This document shows positions 50,926-64,000 of a stretch of DNA of 64,000 nucleotides, piece after piece. Every line of letters starts with the position of its first letter. Position 1 is the first letter of the stretch. The notes below the pieces were generated by a model, which made no database searches, was not told the origin of the DNA, and saw only the letters and a list, made by a program, of their open reading frames with translations. This stretch comes from Rhodospirillales bacterium (GTDB taxonomy: Bacteria; Pseudomonadota; Alphaproteobacteria; Bin95): positions 1 to 64,000 of the forward strand of contig JAYQLI010000038.1 in NCBI GenBank assembly GCA_038143065.1. The letters run 5' to 3'. Position numbers and translations under genes: made by a program.

Positions 50926-52226
50926 GTTGGCATAGGACTTATGGGTATATCGATGCTTCTTGTGTTGATTGCTCTACGCTTTCTATCGGTGCATCGTTAA
51001 TTGTTGTGTCTTTTGGCGGCCTATTTGCAATTTTGGGCGAACGCTCCGCATGGAGTGCAGTCAGGATCGTTTCGTACAATTTTGCTGCAAATTGGCAGTT
51101 AAGTTCGGTTCCAATGTTCTTGTTGATGGGGTTCATCTGCTTTCATACAGGTCTGACAAAAGGTTTATTTCACGCTGCCAGTTTGTGGTTGTTGAGACTT
51201 CCAGGAGTGGCTACTATCTCATCAATTTTTGCTGCTGCTGGATTTGCTTCAGTAACTGGGTCAAGCGTGGCGTGTGCCGCGGCGATGGGAGCGTATCGCT
51301 GTTCCGGAAAATGGCGCGTCATAATTATGACATTTCATTGGCAACTGGAACAGTAGCCGCCGCTGGTACGATCGGAGCGCTAATCCCTCCATCAATTCTG
51401 CTTATTTTGTTTGGAATTATTGCAGAGGTGCAATCAGTGCGCTCTTCCTTGGTGGGATCCGGCGCTGGTTTGGTGACAGCCATTAGCTGCGTATTATAGT
51501 GTTGAAATTGGGTCAGACTTAATCCTGAACTTGCACCGAGCGTCTTTGAAGAGGTTACTTGGGGCGAACGCTTTTCTGCACTGAAAGATACATGGCAGGT
51601 ACTCGTTATCATTATAGGTGTTTTTGGTGGTCTCTTCGGCGGCATTTTCACTGCGACTGAAGCTGGTGCAGTCAGGGCGTCGTTGGCTATACCAGCGGCA
51701 TCGATGAACCATTCTCTCACCTGGAGAAAAGTTGATGGAGGCTTTCCGCGAAACGCCGTTACGTCATCGACATTGTTCATCATCGCTATTGGCGCATCGT
51801 TGTTAACACGCTTTCTGGCAGTGAGTGGTGCTGGGAATTACTTGTCAGAATTGATCAGTTTTGCTGGAGACAACCCTTATCTGCTGCTGATGATTATCAC
51901 ATTAATTTATTTGGTATTAGGTATGTTTCTTGAGCCTATCGGAGCAATGTTGCTTAACGGTCCTGATCCTACTCCCGGTTCTAGAGCCAGCTGGCTTCAG
52001 TCTGATTTGGTTTGGAGTACTTCTCGCCAAGTTTTTGGAAATCGGAATGATTACGCCACCTATCGGCATGAATGTTTTTGTTATCAGAGGTGTAGTTGGT
52101 GATCTGGCACGGACTGGAACAATCTTTAAGGGAGTAACATGGTTCCTGCTGGCTGACTTGATCGTTGTTCTATTACTAATTATTTTTCTAATATAATTTT
52201 TGTTTTTGCCGAATTTGGCCGGTTAA
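50917..52226 (+). CDS. TRAP large permease (DctM, frameshifted)
   Basis: LSSVPMFLLMG, AGTIGALIPPSI and ITPPIGMNVFVI motifs. Confidence 0.85.
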
Positions 52227-52326
52227 GTTTTTGATCCTAAATTGTCCAAAATTGGCCAGACCGAGTTCTCGGGAGAAACGATCTCGGCCAGAATTTTAAA
52301 GATCAACTTGAAATGTGGTAAGAGTG

Positions 52327-53256
52327 CTAGCTAAGTTTGTCTGTCAGCTCTGGTACAGCATCGAACAAATCCGCAACCAAACCATAGTCGGCGACTTGGA
52401 AAATTGGAGCTTCTTCGTCTTTGTTGATCGCAACGATAATTTTTGAATCTTTCATCCCTGCCAAGTGCTGAATCGCACCTGAAATACCAACCGCAACATA
52501 TAGGTCAGGGGCAACAACTTTACCTGTTTGACCAACCTGCCAATCGTTTGGTGCATAACCACTGTCAACCGCCGCACGTGACGCGCCAACAGCCGCGCCA
52601 AGTTTGTCAGCCAGACCTTCGATGATCGCAAAGCTTTCTTCTGAACCGACACCACGGCCACCAGAAACAACAACACCTGCTGATGTCAATTCTGGGCGAT
52701 CGCTGCTTGCGACTTTGTCTTCGACCCATTCTGACAATCCGGGGTTACCCGCCGCTGCGATACCTTCTACAGCTGCTGAACCGCCTTCGCCTGCTGCGTC
52801 AAAGTTCGCTGTGCGGAAAGAAATCACTTTCTTGGCATCTGCGGATTCAATCGTTTGAATTGCGTTGCCTGCATAGATTGGGCGTTCAAACGTATTGCCA
52901 TTCACAACCGCGGTTACGTCGGTGATCACCATAACATCCAACATCGCCGCAACGCGTGGAAGGATGTTTTTGGCAGAATTTGTTGCAGGTGCTACGATAT
53001 GTTCGTAATCGCCTGCCACTGAAACAATCAAATCCGCAACAGGTTCGGCCAAGCCGTTCCCATAGGCCGCGTTATCAGCGCATAGAACTTTTGCAACGCC
53101 GTCCAATTTCGCCGCCGCCTCTGCCGCGCCGCCACATCCAGCAGATGCGCACAGCACCGTGACGTCACCCAATGATTTTGCGGCACTAACTGCTTTCGCT
53201 GTGGCATCCACTGCCAACTCTGCGCCATTCACTTCTGCAAGTAGTAGAACTGCCAT
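52327..53256 (-). CDS. etfA: Electron transfer flavoprotein subunit alpha
   Basis: Intact; VSGGRG, ASRAAVD, QVGQTGK and GISGAIQHLAG motifs. Confidence 0.97.
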   Translation of the reverse strand: MAVLLLAEVNGAELAVDATAKAVSAAKSLGDVTVLCASAGCGGAAEAAAKLDGVAKVLCADNAAYGNGLAEPVADLIVSVAGDYEHIVAPATNSAKNILPRVAAMLDVMVITDVTAVVNGNTFERPIYAGNAIQTIESADAKKVISFRTANFDAAGEGGSAAVEGIAAAGNPGLSEWVEDKVASSDRPELTSAGVVVSGGRGVGSEESFAIIEGLADKLGAAVGASRAAVDSGYAPNDWQVGQTGKVVAPDLYVAVGISGAIQHLAGMKDSKIIVAINKDEEAPIFQVADYGLVADLFDAVPELTDKLS

Positions 53257-54014
53257 TAGACTGCTCCTGCTTCTTTAAGTTTCGATACCAATTCATCAAC
53301 GGAACCAACCTTGATACCCGCCGCACGTGCTTGTGGTTCACCTGTTGAAACGATTTTCAAACGTGGTGTCACATCAACACCAAGATCCGCTGCCGTTTTC
53401 GTGTCCAGCGGCTTTTTCTTGGCCTTCATGATGTTTGGAAGTGATGCATAACGTGGTTCATTCAAACGAAGATCAACAGTGATAACCGCCGGCATCTTCA
53501 CTTTGATTGTTTGCAGACCACCGTCTACTTCACGTGTCACAGTCGCACAGTCACCTTCGACACCAACTTCTGATGCGAACGTAGCTTGTGACCAACCAAG
53601 AAGGGCCGACAACATCTGACCTGTCGCGTTCATGTCATTGTCAATCGCTTGCTTACCGCACAGAACAAGACCTGGCTGCTCTTCATCCACAATCGCTTTC
53701 AGGATTTTCGCAACGGCCAATGGCTCGATGTCATTGTGAACATCGTCTGTCGCTGTGACCAAGATCGCGCGGTCTGCACCCATCGCCAATGCGGTGCGCA
53801 GTGTTTCTTGTGATTTTTCAACACCAATTGAAACTACCACAACCTCTTCTGCCAAACCTTTTTCTTTTAGGCGAATGGCTTCTTCCACTGCGATTTCGTC
53901 AAATGGGTTCATTGACATCTTAACGTTCGCCAGATCGACACCTGAACCATCCGCTTTTACACGAACCTTCACGTTGTAGTCGATCACGCGCTTGACAGGC
54001 ACAAGTACCTTCAT
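53256..54014 (-). CDS. etfB: Electron transfer flavoprotein subunit beta
   Basis: Intact; [22 protein letters not shown] and GKQAIDND motifs. Confidence 0.97.
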   Translation of the reverse strand: MKVLVPVKRVIDYNVKVRVKADGSGVDLANVKMSMNPFDEIAVEEAIRLKEKGLAEEVVVVSIGVEKSQETLRTALAMGADRAILVTATDDVHNDIEPLAVAKILKAIVDEEQPGLVLCGKQAIDNDMNATGQMLSALLGWSQATFASEVGVEGDCATVTREVDGGLQTIKVKMPAVITVDLRLNEPRYASLPNIMKAKKKPLDTKTAADLGVDVTPRLKIVSTGEPQARAAGIKVGSVDELVSKLKEAGAV

Positions 54015-54342
54015 GATCATAGGTCTCCTTTGATGATTAGTTTCTGTCATTTGATTTGAATTTTTGATTTGCATCTGAACCAATTGGGTCCGTCAACCCC
54101 GCTGATAGACACCAGTCCGTCTCGGATTCGATATGATTGTGTATCAAATAAGATTACGTCGCCGCCGAGCACAAATTTTTTGCCAATATAATGCAGGACG
54201 GAAGCCGAATAATCGGTTCTTCAATTGTCCTCGCTGGCTGAGTCGACTCACGGAGAACCGTTGTAGGCAAAGTGCAGAAGATTGGTAATTGTCACTCCCA
54301 TGTTGTTATCACGTTCTTTAAGCTAAACTGAGCAGGCCAAAA

Positions 54343-55547
54343 TCAGACTTTTTCGAGTATAATTGCAATGCCCTGGCCAACGCCAACACACATGGTGCAA
54401 AGAGCATAGCGCCCGTTAATACGCTGTAAATGGCGTGTGGCAGTCAGCGCCAAACGGCTTCCCGCTCATGCCAAGGGGGTGACCAAGAGCTATCGCACCA
54501 CCATTCGGATTTACGTGGTCTGCGTCGTCTGGCAAACCCAATTCGCGGATTACGGCAAGTCCTTGCGCTGCAAATGCTTCATTCAACTCGATCACGTCCA
54601 TCTGATTGATTGACAGACCCGCGCGTGCCAGAACCCGCCGTACGGCCGGGACCGGCCCAACGCCCATTATACGTGGTTTTACGCCCGCTGCTGCCATGCC
54701 GACAATTCGGGCCACAGGCTGTAAGCCATGTGTGTTGATTGCGATATCATTGGCCAAGAGCATCGCCGCGGCGCCATCATTAACACCCGAAGCATTGCCT
54801 GCCGTGACTGTCAGATCGGGACCGTTGACGCCCCCTTAATTTGGCAAGTTTCGCAACATCAGTGCCGGGACGTGGGTGTTCATCCTCATCTATGATTATC
54901 GGATCGCCTTTCTGTTGAGGTAGGCTGACCGGGATGATTTCTTCGATAAAAATTTTCTTTTCAAGAGCAACGGCGTAGCGCGCTTGAGAACGAGCTGCAA
55001 AAGCGTCTTGATCCTCCCGCGAGATATTGTATTCAGCGGCGACGTTGTCAGCAGTCTCGGGCATGGAATGCGTGCCATGGATTTCATTCATCGCAGGGTT
55101 AACAAATCGCGTCCAATCGTAGTGTCATAAATAGCATTCGCTCGGGCAAAGGCATGGGTTGCTTTGGGTAACACAAAAGGGGCGCGGCTCATGCTTTCAA
55201 CACCGCCTGCTATCATGAAATCTGCATCACCGGACCGTATCGCGCGGGCCGCATTCCCCAGCGCATCAAGACCGGAACCGCACAACCGGTTGACTGTCGA
55301 ACCTGGTACATCGACCGGCATGCCCGCAAGTAGTGCCGCCATTCGTGCGACATTGCGATTATCTTCGCCGGCTTGGTTTGCACAGCCATAGATGACGTCG
55401 TCAAGTTTCTCCCAATTGACCTCAGGATTGCGCTCAATCAATGCTTTAAGAGGTAGGGCGGCTAGGGTCATCGGCCCGAATGGAGGACAGGGCACCGCCG
55501 TAACGGCCAATAGGTGTGCGGATACCGTCGCAGATAAATGCGTCCAT
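54343..55547 (-). CDS. pcaF: 3-oxoadipyl-CoA thiolase-like (PcaF/PaaJ, frameshifted)
   Basis: [34 protein letters not shown] and CVGVGQG motifs. Confidence 0.8.
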
Positions 55548-55570
55548 GTGTTTTTCTTTCCAATCAATTA

Positions 55571-57646
55571 TTAGGCTTTGCGGATCAACGCGTCCAATAA
55601 AATGATGCCTTTTCCTTCAGGCCTTACAAGAACAGGGTTGATTTCGGCTTCTTCTACATCGGGACAAGTTGCTAGAGTTGAGACCGCTACAATCGTTCGT
55701 GCCAGCGCTTCGATGTCGCCTTTGGGTTTGCCACGGTACCCACGCAAAAGGGCGAAGGCTTTAACTTCGTTGACCATCTCACGCGCGGTCTCGATTGAAA
55801 CTGGAGCTGGACGAACTGAGGCATCCTTGTAGATTTCAGTTATCAAACCACCAGCTGCAACTGTCACAATAGGGCCAATCAGTGGATCGCGGGTGACGCC
55901 GATCAATGCTTCACCGAGGCCCTTGATCATTTCTTGCACGAGGATACCGTCGATATGTGCATCTGGTTTCTTTACTGCGACAGAGGCTTTCATAGTCGTA
56001 ATTGCTTCAACGACTTCTTCTAAGCTTTCAAGCCCAACCTGGATTGCGCCCATCTCGGTCTTGTGGGGCAGGTCCTCAGACACAAGTTTGGCGACCATTG
56101 GGAAACCTGAGCTACCTGTGTCTACAGGGGCTTCGGTAGCGAGGACCACTTGGGCTGGTCTGTTCACACCCAGAGCGGCAAAGACTTCACCAGCTTCAAC
56201 CTCGTTCAGCATACCGCTCGCAGCACCCTCAATCAGATTGGTTACGACCCTTGGCAGGGTGGCGTCAATTTTGGGTGTTGGCGAGCAGCCTCTCAACAAT
56301 AACGAGATGGTGTCCGCACAACTTTCAACCGAACGGAAAGCAGGCACACCGCCAGATTCTAGCATGCGGATGAACTCTTCTGCATGAGGATCAGGGAAGG
56401 CAAATACCGGCGCTGCCCTTCCGTTTCGCTTCAGCCACAGCATCAACAATTGGGGTCAGCAAGCTCAGGTTAAATTGCGCAGAAGAACCAATTGCTACAA
56501 CTAATGCTCCTGTTTCCGGGTCGTTGATAAGTTGAGTGACGACCGTTTTCATGGTTTCGTATTTCGTACCTGCCAAGGTTACATCAACAAGTTTACCGTG
56601 TCCGAGCGGAATTTTCTGGGTCGTTAGGATTTTGCGAGATGTTTGGCTGCAACCTTTGATTTCGACACCACGCAAAGAAAGTTGGTCGATTACCATGCCC
56701 ACCACCACCTGTAGTGGACAGGACAGTGACATGCTTTTGGTCGATTGTGCATGCGCGCACATAGATAGTGCAGCAGGAGCCTCCAATAGAGCTTCGAACT
56801 GGCTCACCTGCGCAATACCGATTGACAACAAAAAGGCGTTGACAGCCCTCTGTCCCGCCCGTAAGGGCGCCGATATGTCGAAACCGCTGAGGGCCTGAGC
56901 TTCTTCCGGACTTGCCAAGCATATAGGCAACAATTGGTTTGCCAGCAGAATGGGCGCGGTGAGCAAACTCAGCAAGCGCTTTAGGGTTCCTAATGGTCTC
57001 CATGAATAGAATGAAAGCATCTATTTCATCGTCGTCGAGCAAGATTGAGCCGAATTTTCGCCCAACGCTGGCGCTCGCTTCAGTACCAGCCGAAATTGGG
57101 TAAAAATGTACATCCCGGGCATGACCACGAGACAAAAGTGTACCGATCAAGCTACCGCTTTGGGAGATGACGCAATGCGTCCCGGAATTAGAGTACTTGC
57201 TTTGAAGGCGGCGTTGGTTGTGCAGCTAAAGCCTTTGCGTGTATCAACTATGCCAGTTGAGTTTGGGCCTATCAAAAAGATACCAGCGCTCCGCGCGAGC
57301 TCGACTAGTTTGCCTGACGCTCCTGTCCTCAGGTCCTGCTTCGGCAAATCCGTCAGCAAGTACCGAGACGACTTTAACGCCAGCAGACGCGCAGTCTTGT
57401 AAAGCGGCGAGGACTTGATCGGTACCAACCAGTATGTATGCGTGATCCACCCTGATCTGGGATCGCCGAGACACTGGGGTAGGCTTTAATGCCCTGCACT
57501 GTGTCACAGATTGACCGGGTAATTTACCGGAATACCCATGCTGTTTCATAAATGACAAGGCCGAGCAGGAGCTTTGTCGGATCATCCGAGGCTCCAATTA
57601 ATGCAACTGCTGAAGGGGCAGTGAGCGCTATGAGGTAGTCTTGCAT
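55571..57646 (-). CDS. Acetate--CoA ligase family (ADP-forming acyl-CoA synthetase, frameshifted)
   Basis: CoA-binding N-terminus, ADGFAE, IGPNS.G, HKTEMG ATP-grasp and EINP motifs. Confidence 0.85.
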
Positions 57647-57654
57647 GTATTTTT

Positions 57655-58826
57655 CTATCCGAAGCTCTTAGCTTGGGGTGGTCGTTGTGAGAAGCGGCGC
57701 TCGAATATACCTTCGGCTATCCGATTCTTGAGGATCTCAATAGATCCGCCTGCGATCATCCAGCCGCGTGTGCGTCTCACACAGTATTGTGCAAGGCTAT
57801 CCTCGCTGAAGCCCAAACCTCCAAGTATCTGCATAGATTCATTAGCCGCGAAGAAGCCCGCTTCGTTACAGGCAAGCTTTGCCATTGCAGTATCTTGCGC
57901 TGATGGCAGTTTTGTTTCGGCGTTCACCACAGCGCGCATCAAGAGGGAGTTGTGCAGCTTCTAGTTTGGTTGCAATGTCGGCGCATTCCATTGTAGTCCC
58001 TGGAATTCGCACAGGTCACGTCCAAATTGTTTCCGAGTTGCAGCGTATTCGCGGGCTAAATTAAAGGCGTAGCGACCCCAGCGACTGCGCGGGAGGCGTT
58101 TCCGAGGCGTTCCACATTAAAACCCGCTATTTGTTTCTTAAAACCACCTGCACCCAAAAGTATGTTCTGTTTGGGAATACGACAGTTTTCAAAATAGAGT
58201 TGTGACCAATTTTCGCCATTCATAAAAGCAGAGGGTTTGCCGACCGTGAACCCGGGCGTACCTTTTTCAATTAAGACTGAACCAATTCCATCGACAACCC
58301 GGGCCAAAGCGAACGTAGACTAGGAATACCTCTGCCTCGGCGCTGTGCGTGCCGAATATTTTACTACCATTGATTATTACTTCTTTACCGTCTTCTGTTG
58401 CGGTTGTCCGCAATTCTGTCACGGCTGAGCCAGCTTCAGGTTCAGACATGCCGACCGACATTACGGCTTTGCCTGCAAGGATACGTGGCAGGAAGCGGTC
58501 GCGCTGTTCGTCGGTGGCGTATTCAGCGAAAGTCCGGATCGCACCAAAGTTACCCGCTTGAACAACGTCTGCGCTGCGAGGGCAGTCTCTGCGACCGCCT
58601 GGATCGCTAGCACGGCGTTCATTAGTGAACCGCAAATACCGCCTTTTTCTTCTGGTATGGTGATCCCAAGCAAGCCAAATTCAGAAAACTTCTCAGCAAT
58701 ATCCCAAGGGTATTCGTCTGAATGCGCACGTTGTAAAGCCCCTTCAGCTAGCTCTTTTTCCCAGCAAATTTTCAGACGGAATTGTAAAAGATTGTTTGAT
58801 CTTCGGTAAGCTCAAAATTCAGCCAT
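57655..58826 (-). CDS. Acyl-CoA dehydrogenase (frameshifted)
   Basis: MSEPEAGS, INGSKIF, QFQGLQW, QILGGLG and IAGGSIEI motifs. Confidence 0.88.
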
Positions 58827-58916
58827 GACTCATCTTGTATTGTTTTATCGTTTAAGAATAGGCAAACATATGAGCAAAGAAATTGGTGTTTCATCACAAG
58901 AGGCCAACGAAAAGTT

Positions 58917-59790
58917 ATGACAAGGCGATATCTGAATGTCCCGCTGAATCCGTTGAGAGCGTTTGCTGTCGCTTCGCAGCACAAGACATTTACCGCCGCA
59001 GCACAACAAATAGGGGTAATCAAGTCGCTATCAGCCGTCCAGATCGGTATACTTGAAGACTACTTGGATATTCAGCTTTTTGAACGCGGCGCGCGATCAG
59101 TGAAATTGACGGGAACAAGGGACGTGCCTTTTCACTAGAAATATTCATCACCTTAGACGGTATTGCGGCGGCTACAAACCGACTATCCAGCGAGCGCGAA
59201 CGAATTGGTGGATCTATATACCCAACATTTGCTCATCATTTGTTGATGCCGAATGCCCAGCTTTTGGATGCGCGATCCTGATTATAATGTCGAAACGATG
59301 CTCATGTCGAACCGTTAGATTTTCGCAGCACGCATGTCGACGTTGCAGTTCAGCTTGGAAGCGGTAATTGGCGAGATGGAAGTCACGTATATTATTTCCG
59401 AACGTCTCGATGCGGTTTGCAGTCCTGAATACATAAAAAAGCTGGAAGCGGGCGACGTTGATATTAGACTTTTACACTCGAAATACCGCCGCCGTGCTTG
59501 GGAGATCTGGACGGCATGGTCAGTGTATCTGTACCTTTCGAGAAAGAATTAGAGTTTGAATCCTCCTCATTGACTTACAGTGCAGCGATCAGCGGTATGG
59601 GACTTGCCATTGGTCAGATCGATATTTTGCGGCGTGAGTTGGAGGCGGGGTTGCTTGACGCCTTTTGCCTCGCCACAAGTCACAGGATCGAGTTTTTATG
59701 TCATTTGGCCGATGATCAATCGACTGCTCCGCAGACCAAACGTTTATTAATTGGCTTCTAACCGTGAACGGACAGAATCCGAATTCATTA
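58917..59790 (+). CDS. LysR family regulator (GcvA-like, frameshifted)
   Basis: PLNPLRAFAVA...FTAAA...LEDYL..QLFER; divergent from the acyl-CoA dehydrogenase. Confidence 0.8.
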
Positions 59791-59841
59791 AATATAGCTT
59801 ATGACACTTTGCTCGACCCAGATGTAAGACTTGAGAGAGAT

Positions 59842-60829
59842 ATGAAACGCCAATCCACGATTGATATTAAAAAGTTGCGCCACATTGTAGAGCTTGCGAT
59901 TTCGAAATGTGACGCGTGCTGCCGAAACTTTGGGCCCTGACTCAATCGGCGTTGTCTCGTAGCATACAAGAGATTGAAGCCGAGCTGGGAAAAGCCTTAT
60001 TTACACGGCATTCGGAAAGGTGTCTCGATCACCGATATGGGTAATGATATTGCCCGGCGTGCTGAGGGAGGTACTAGAGAGCTACGAAGATCTTTTAACG
60101 ACACCAGAACGAAGCACGCGCGCCATGTTCAGGCACTTAAAAAATAGGTGTAATTCCAGCTGTCGTACCAAGGCCTAATCCGAAAACCGGTTGCCTCGTT
60201 CGCGGCAGAATTTCCAGAAGTTTCAATTTCGAATACAAACTGGTTCCTCAGATGAATTGACTGCAAACTTGAAACGGGACAACTTGATGTTCTGGTTGGA
60301 TATGGAAACTGGCTGCCGTTGGGAAAGCGTTTTTATCGTAAGGACTGTTGCAGAGATGCATCAAGCAATTCTTGTGCGCAAGGATCACCCGCTCAGTAGA
60401 CTTGAGAAAGTGTCGGATAATGACATCATGGTCATCCTTGTATTCTGCCGTCTTCGATGTACTCAGATCACAACGAAATCTGATGTGTTTCAGGAAAATT
60501 TGGGCTGGTCGCGACCACAAAGGTATCACACTGACGATTTTCAAACGATGCTTGCGATTGTTTAACAATAAAACAGATGCATTTTTTACCATTGCTTGGT
60601 GCAAGCATCCTCAAGTTTTGAGAAGCTAAAGGACAATTTCCTAATACTTCCCGACATAGAAATCCTTCCGCGGCAGGATTTGGTTGTGGCACGACTTTCA
60701 AATAGCCGTAAGAATGAATTACTTACCGTTGTGACACGATTGGGCGGTTCTTACAGACGCCCTGAAGGTGACCGCCGCGAGCTAGAGGATCGCACGCAGC
60801 GGTCTGGGAGGAAGCGTTATTCGTTCTAA
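59842..60829 (+). CDS. LysR family regulator (frameshifted)
   Basis: IDIKKLRH...RAAETL...QSALSRSIQEIEAELG..LFTR across frames. Confidence 0.75.
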
Positions 60830-60853
60830 TCTTCTGGAGAGGTGTCGTGGCTA

Positions 60854-62846
60854 CTATACACTCGCTACTGTCGATGGTTGCTGGAAGTTTCGAATCGCCA
60901 TACCAGGCAATAGAATTATAATTGCCACTACGATTAACACCCAATGGTCCACATTCAACAGTCCACCCCCTGGGGCTGCCAAAACAACGCCTCCTATGAA
61001 CATGAGCAAACGCGATAAAATTCCCAAAGGTGATCTAGGCGCCTTCAATACCCTGGAGATAGCCCTGAAGGGCAGCCGCAACAAATACGATCTGATAACA
61101 AGCGCCGTTACGCAGACAAGTATGACTTCGCCCATGTCTGCTTGCCTATTAGTGCGGGGTTCAACACAAAAAGAAAGGTATGAAGTAGATAATCGATCCT
61201 ATGCGCATTTTTGACCCCTGTCGTCATACGAGACCCTGAACGAGAGATTGTGGATGCAGCAAATGCGGCTGGTGCCACAGAGGCGTTATGAAGCTAGCAT
61301 ACCCCAGTAAAGGAACATGTGGATGGACATCGGATTCAAACCCAACGCGATTAATGATGGTGCTAGGATAATAGCGAGAAAGATATATGCCGCTGTAACG
61401 GTCATACCAATACCTAGAACAAAACTAGTCAAAGCACCCATTATGAGCAGCAGAAAGGGATCACTCCCTGCCAGGAACACTAGGTCGTTGGTTAAGGTTC
61501 CGGTCATGCCCGTTAATTGCAGAGCGCCCACGATTAGGCCAATGGCTCCAAGAAGTGCAGAAATTTCAGCCAAAAGACAGCCCGTGGCATAAAGAAAGGC
61601 AATAATTCGCATCTTGTCCATTCTGTGTCCTTTCTTCAATTGGTTGAGCGCCAACAGAAGGATAGTCGCATGTAAAACGGTGCCTTGGATCTTGCTTCAA
61701 GAAGATCAACATCCATATCAAAACACCAAAGACAAGTAGGTAGTGCCAGCCATCTTTAATAATCGCTGAGATCGTAGGAAGCTCTTCTTTGGGTACACCT
61801 TCGAGTTGATTTGCTGCCGCGTAGGAGATCGATCTGCATGAACAGGCCAAAGTAGTAGAGAGCGGACGGGATCACTGCCGCTAAGGCTACTTCGACGTAA
61901 GATACGTTAAGGAAATTCGCCATGATAAAGGCAGTAGCGCCCATGATGGGTGGCATCAAAACTCCACCAGTAGAAGCGCAAGCTTCAATAGCACCGGCTG
62001 TTTTTAGGCTGCTGTTCTATCTTGGTCATAGCTGGGATCGTCAGCGTGCCAGTGGTTAGTACGTTTGTTACCGGTCCACCTGACATCGAGCCGAATAGGC
62101 CGGACGAGAAGATCGCCACCTTGGCCGGACCGCCGCGTTTATGACCCATCAGTGCAAATGCCATGTTAATAGAAAAATCCGCCAGCGCCTGTATAGATCA
62201 AAGCTACTCCAAATAGCATAAACCCAAGAGACCAGTAGGCCGAGCGCTCGCATTGGGATGCCAAGATAACTCTCTTCTGAATACATGTGGAAGTTTGCCG
62301 TTTCCCAAATAGTTGAAGGGACGCCAGAGATAATTTCGGGCATGCTTGCAACATAAAGCGGATACAGAGAAATGATTGCAACGACGAAAAGGACCGCCAA
62401 ACCACCGGAGCGACGCCCGCCCTCTGCTAATAGTAACCAAAAAGACAATGCAGCATACGTTGCGTACTCTGGCGCGACATATTCCCAGCCATAGTCAATG
62501 ATGGCATCAGATTGAATGACAAAGAAAATTGTAAAGTGCAGGTCCCGAGACAAAGAGTAGGACATCATACCAGGGGACTTTGGTTCGCGAAGATGTTTCT
62601 GTCGCAGGTAGCACTATAAAGACCATAGCAAGCAAAGTCCCACCGATCAGGTAAAGATATCGATTTGCAAAGTAAGACCGTCCCGAAAAGTGGCTTTAAA
62701 AAAGCCAAGCAAAAAAACCTGGTTGATGCAGATCGCAACAATTATTAGCCCCAAAACAATAATAATGGTTTTCCAAACAGGCCCAAGCTCTCGATAGCGC
62801 TTAGACCCAATGTCAGTATCTCGGATGGATTTTTTTCGTTGGACAT
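60854..62846 (-). CDS. TRAP/TAXI fused permease (DctMQ, frameshifted)
   Basis: GGPAKVAIFSSG, MPPIMGATAFIMA, LGIGMTVTAAYI and YWGML motifs. Confidence 0.85.
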
Positions 62847-62866
62847 TGTGCAGCCCCAAGTTTCAG

Positions 62867-62904
62867 AAAAAATGCGTGACGAGCCCTCGGGCCGTCACGC
62901 ATTC
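62867..62904 (-). terminator. Hairpin with U-tract between TAXI SBP and permease
   Basis: AATGCGTGACG...CGTCACGCATT stem followed by T6 on the minus strand. Confidence 0.65.
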
Positions 62905-62925
62905 ATGTTAATTGCGAAGCGGCGC

Positions 62926-64000
62926 TTACCAGGTTTCAAACAGCACAGGCAGTCCGGCTTCTTTTAGAGCGGCAGAGCGGGCAGCAGCCCAGCCAGCCTT
63001 AAACTCGTCGGCGTCTTGCGAAGCGGCGGGCACATAGGCTTCCCATGTTTCTCTCAGAACTTTCTGTCGCAACAGTCCTTTTTGACGGTTGGCTTCAGCT
63101 GCTTCAGTCCAGGCGCCGATTTCTTTATAGTAGCGTACTGCACCGGCATTTATCGGTACAAGTGAACCCTCTAGATTTTGACGATCCAAAGCCCAGCCAC
63201 CGTTGGCAGGCGCTTTATCACGATAATTATCGATATTTTCGTACATCCACTTGGTCATTGCATATGACATATTGTCGTCGCCATTGATCGATATCAGTAC
63301 GGGATAAGGACTGGTGATCCCCTCCATTCCACCTTTGGGCACCGCGGCACCTACCGTGCAAACTTGTGGTTGGTACCACGGTACAACACCCTGTAGGCGG
63401 GCCCAGCCTTCTGTATCATCATGTGGTGTTTCAATGTGTTTAACGCCACGAGGACCTGCTTGCATTTTCACCACGGTGCCCGAAGCTGTCGAAGTTTGAG
63501 TGAAGTCAATCTGACCGGCAATGATGCCATCAACAGCGGCACCATTGCTGCCCACGTCGATTACTTCAACATCGTCCAGTGCGTTAACCCTGCAAATGCT
63601 AGCTGAGCTTTGGCGCCGAGGAGGAACGCCGCCGACGATCGTACCAGACCGAGGCGTTTGCCCTTAAGGTCGGCCATGTTATCCACGTCATCTAGATCAC
63701 CTGCAATCGAGAATATGCTTGAACAAGCGTCCGAAATATTGTGCATCAGTATTGAGGTTGGCTGTAGGCCCCAAGCGCGTTCTCCGAAGGTAAACACGCC
63801 CTCTTGAGAATAAACATTGTCTGAACCGGTCGCAGAGAATTGTGCTTTCCCACTGAGAAGGGGAAGAAGGCGGGAAATGTCGTTCTTGCCTGGCAGGGAT
63901 ACGCAAGTTCACTTCGTCGGTTTGTTTCAGGACACTGCCGATGGCTATGGACTGAGCATTGGCAGTCAGCCGGTCCCGTAGGTTGTCCATACAAGCGTCT
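62926..64000 (-). CDS. TAXI family TRAP solute-binding protein (runs off the window; frameshifted)
   Basis: ADLKGKR and P.N.GAVRYYKEIG.W motifs; upstream of the fused permease. Confidence 0.8.

Overview
Accessory (genomic-island) DNA, probably from a marine alphaproteobacterium (Rhodobacterales-like; inferred from the gene families, not from a marker gene). Most genes are split by indels, which looks like long-read error, so many coordinates are approximate. The left half appears to be a tandem array of tRNA-targeting integrative elements joined at tRNA-3'-like TCCGCCA cores. Element A ends at about 8642 and has a P4-like integrase and AlpA. Element B (about 8636-34207) has a P4-like integrase, AlpA, a primase-helicase and an iteron origin. 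Between its matching ends lies a complete oxidative uronate/aldarate catabolic cluster with an ABC importer and a CE8-like esterase. Next is a DUF6538-type tyrosine recombinase enclosed by ~120-bp inverted repeats that each contain a tRNA 3' end. The right half has an IS6-flanked pxpABC/TRAP/aminotransferase block, a phosphotriesterase-family gene with a TRAP system, etfBA, an acyl-CoA catabolic cluster, two LysR genes and a TAXI-TRAP system. No intact RNA gene or CRISPR array was seen.
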